Positions 58,658 through 64,000 of a DNA stretch of 64,000 nt are shown in pieces. Every line of letters begins with the position of its first letter. Position 1 is the first letter of the stretch. A program made the translations under genes and the position numbers. The stretch is from Klebsormidium nitens (lineage: Eukaryota > Plantae > Klebsormidiophyceae), in the NCBI GenBank assembly GCA_000708835.1, contig DF236968.1, positions 248,001-312,000 on the forward strand, read 5' to 3'. The notes under the pieces are model-generated. The model did not search any database, was not told the origin of the DNA, and saw only the letters and a list, made by a program, of their open reading frames with translations.

Positions 58658-64000
<5,343 letters not shown>

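Overview
Intron-rich eukaryotic nuclear DNA with GC-rich exons and GT-AG introns of about 0.1-1.6 kb. Gene content and style suggest a streptophyte green alga, probably Klebsormidium (inference; no search was run). Ten spliced protein-coding genes were reconstructed by hand: ankyrin-repeat MEKK/STE11-type MAP3K (+), ALG2 mannosyltransferase (-), Alba (+), At4g00755-like F-box protein (-), TMEM184/LAZ1-like protein (+), RPL30 (-), gluconokinase (+), AP-1/2 beta-adaptin (-), Yippee (+), and a secreted GH9 endoglucanase (+, runs off the window end). No prokaryotic system, CRISPR array, tRNA or rRNA was seen. The most striking unexplained structure is a set of 'exon-junction echoes'. In at least 6 of the 10 genes, the introns carry 1-7 tandem, degenerate copies of the neighbouring exon end together with its splice site, usually with the most similar copy next to the functional exon. 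Also notable are the ankyrin-MEKK architecture with a Cys cluster and an RVxF-like motif, a likely false (negative-length) assembly gap inside that kinase gene, and four consecutive head-to-head gene pairs.
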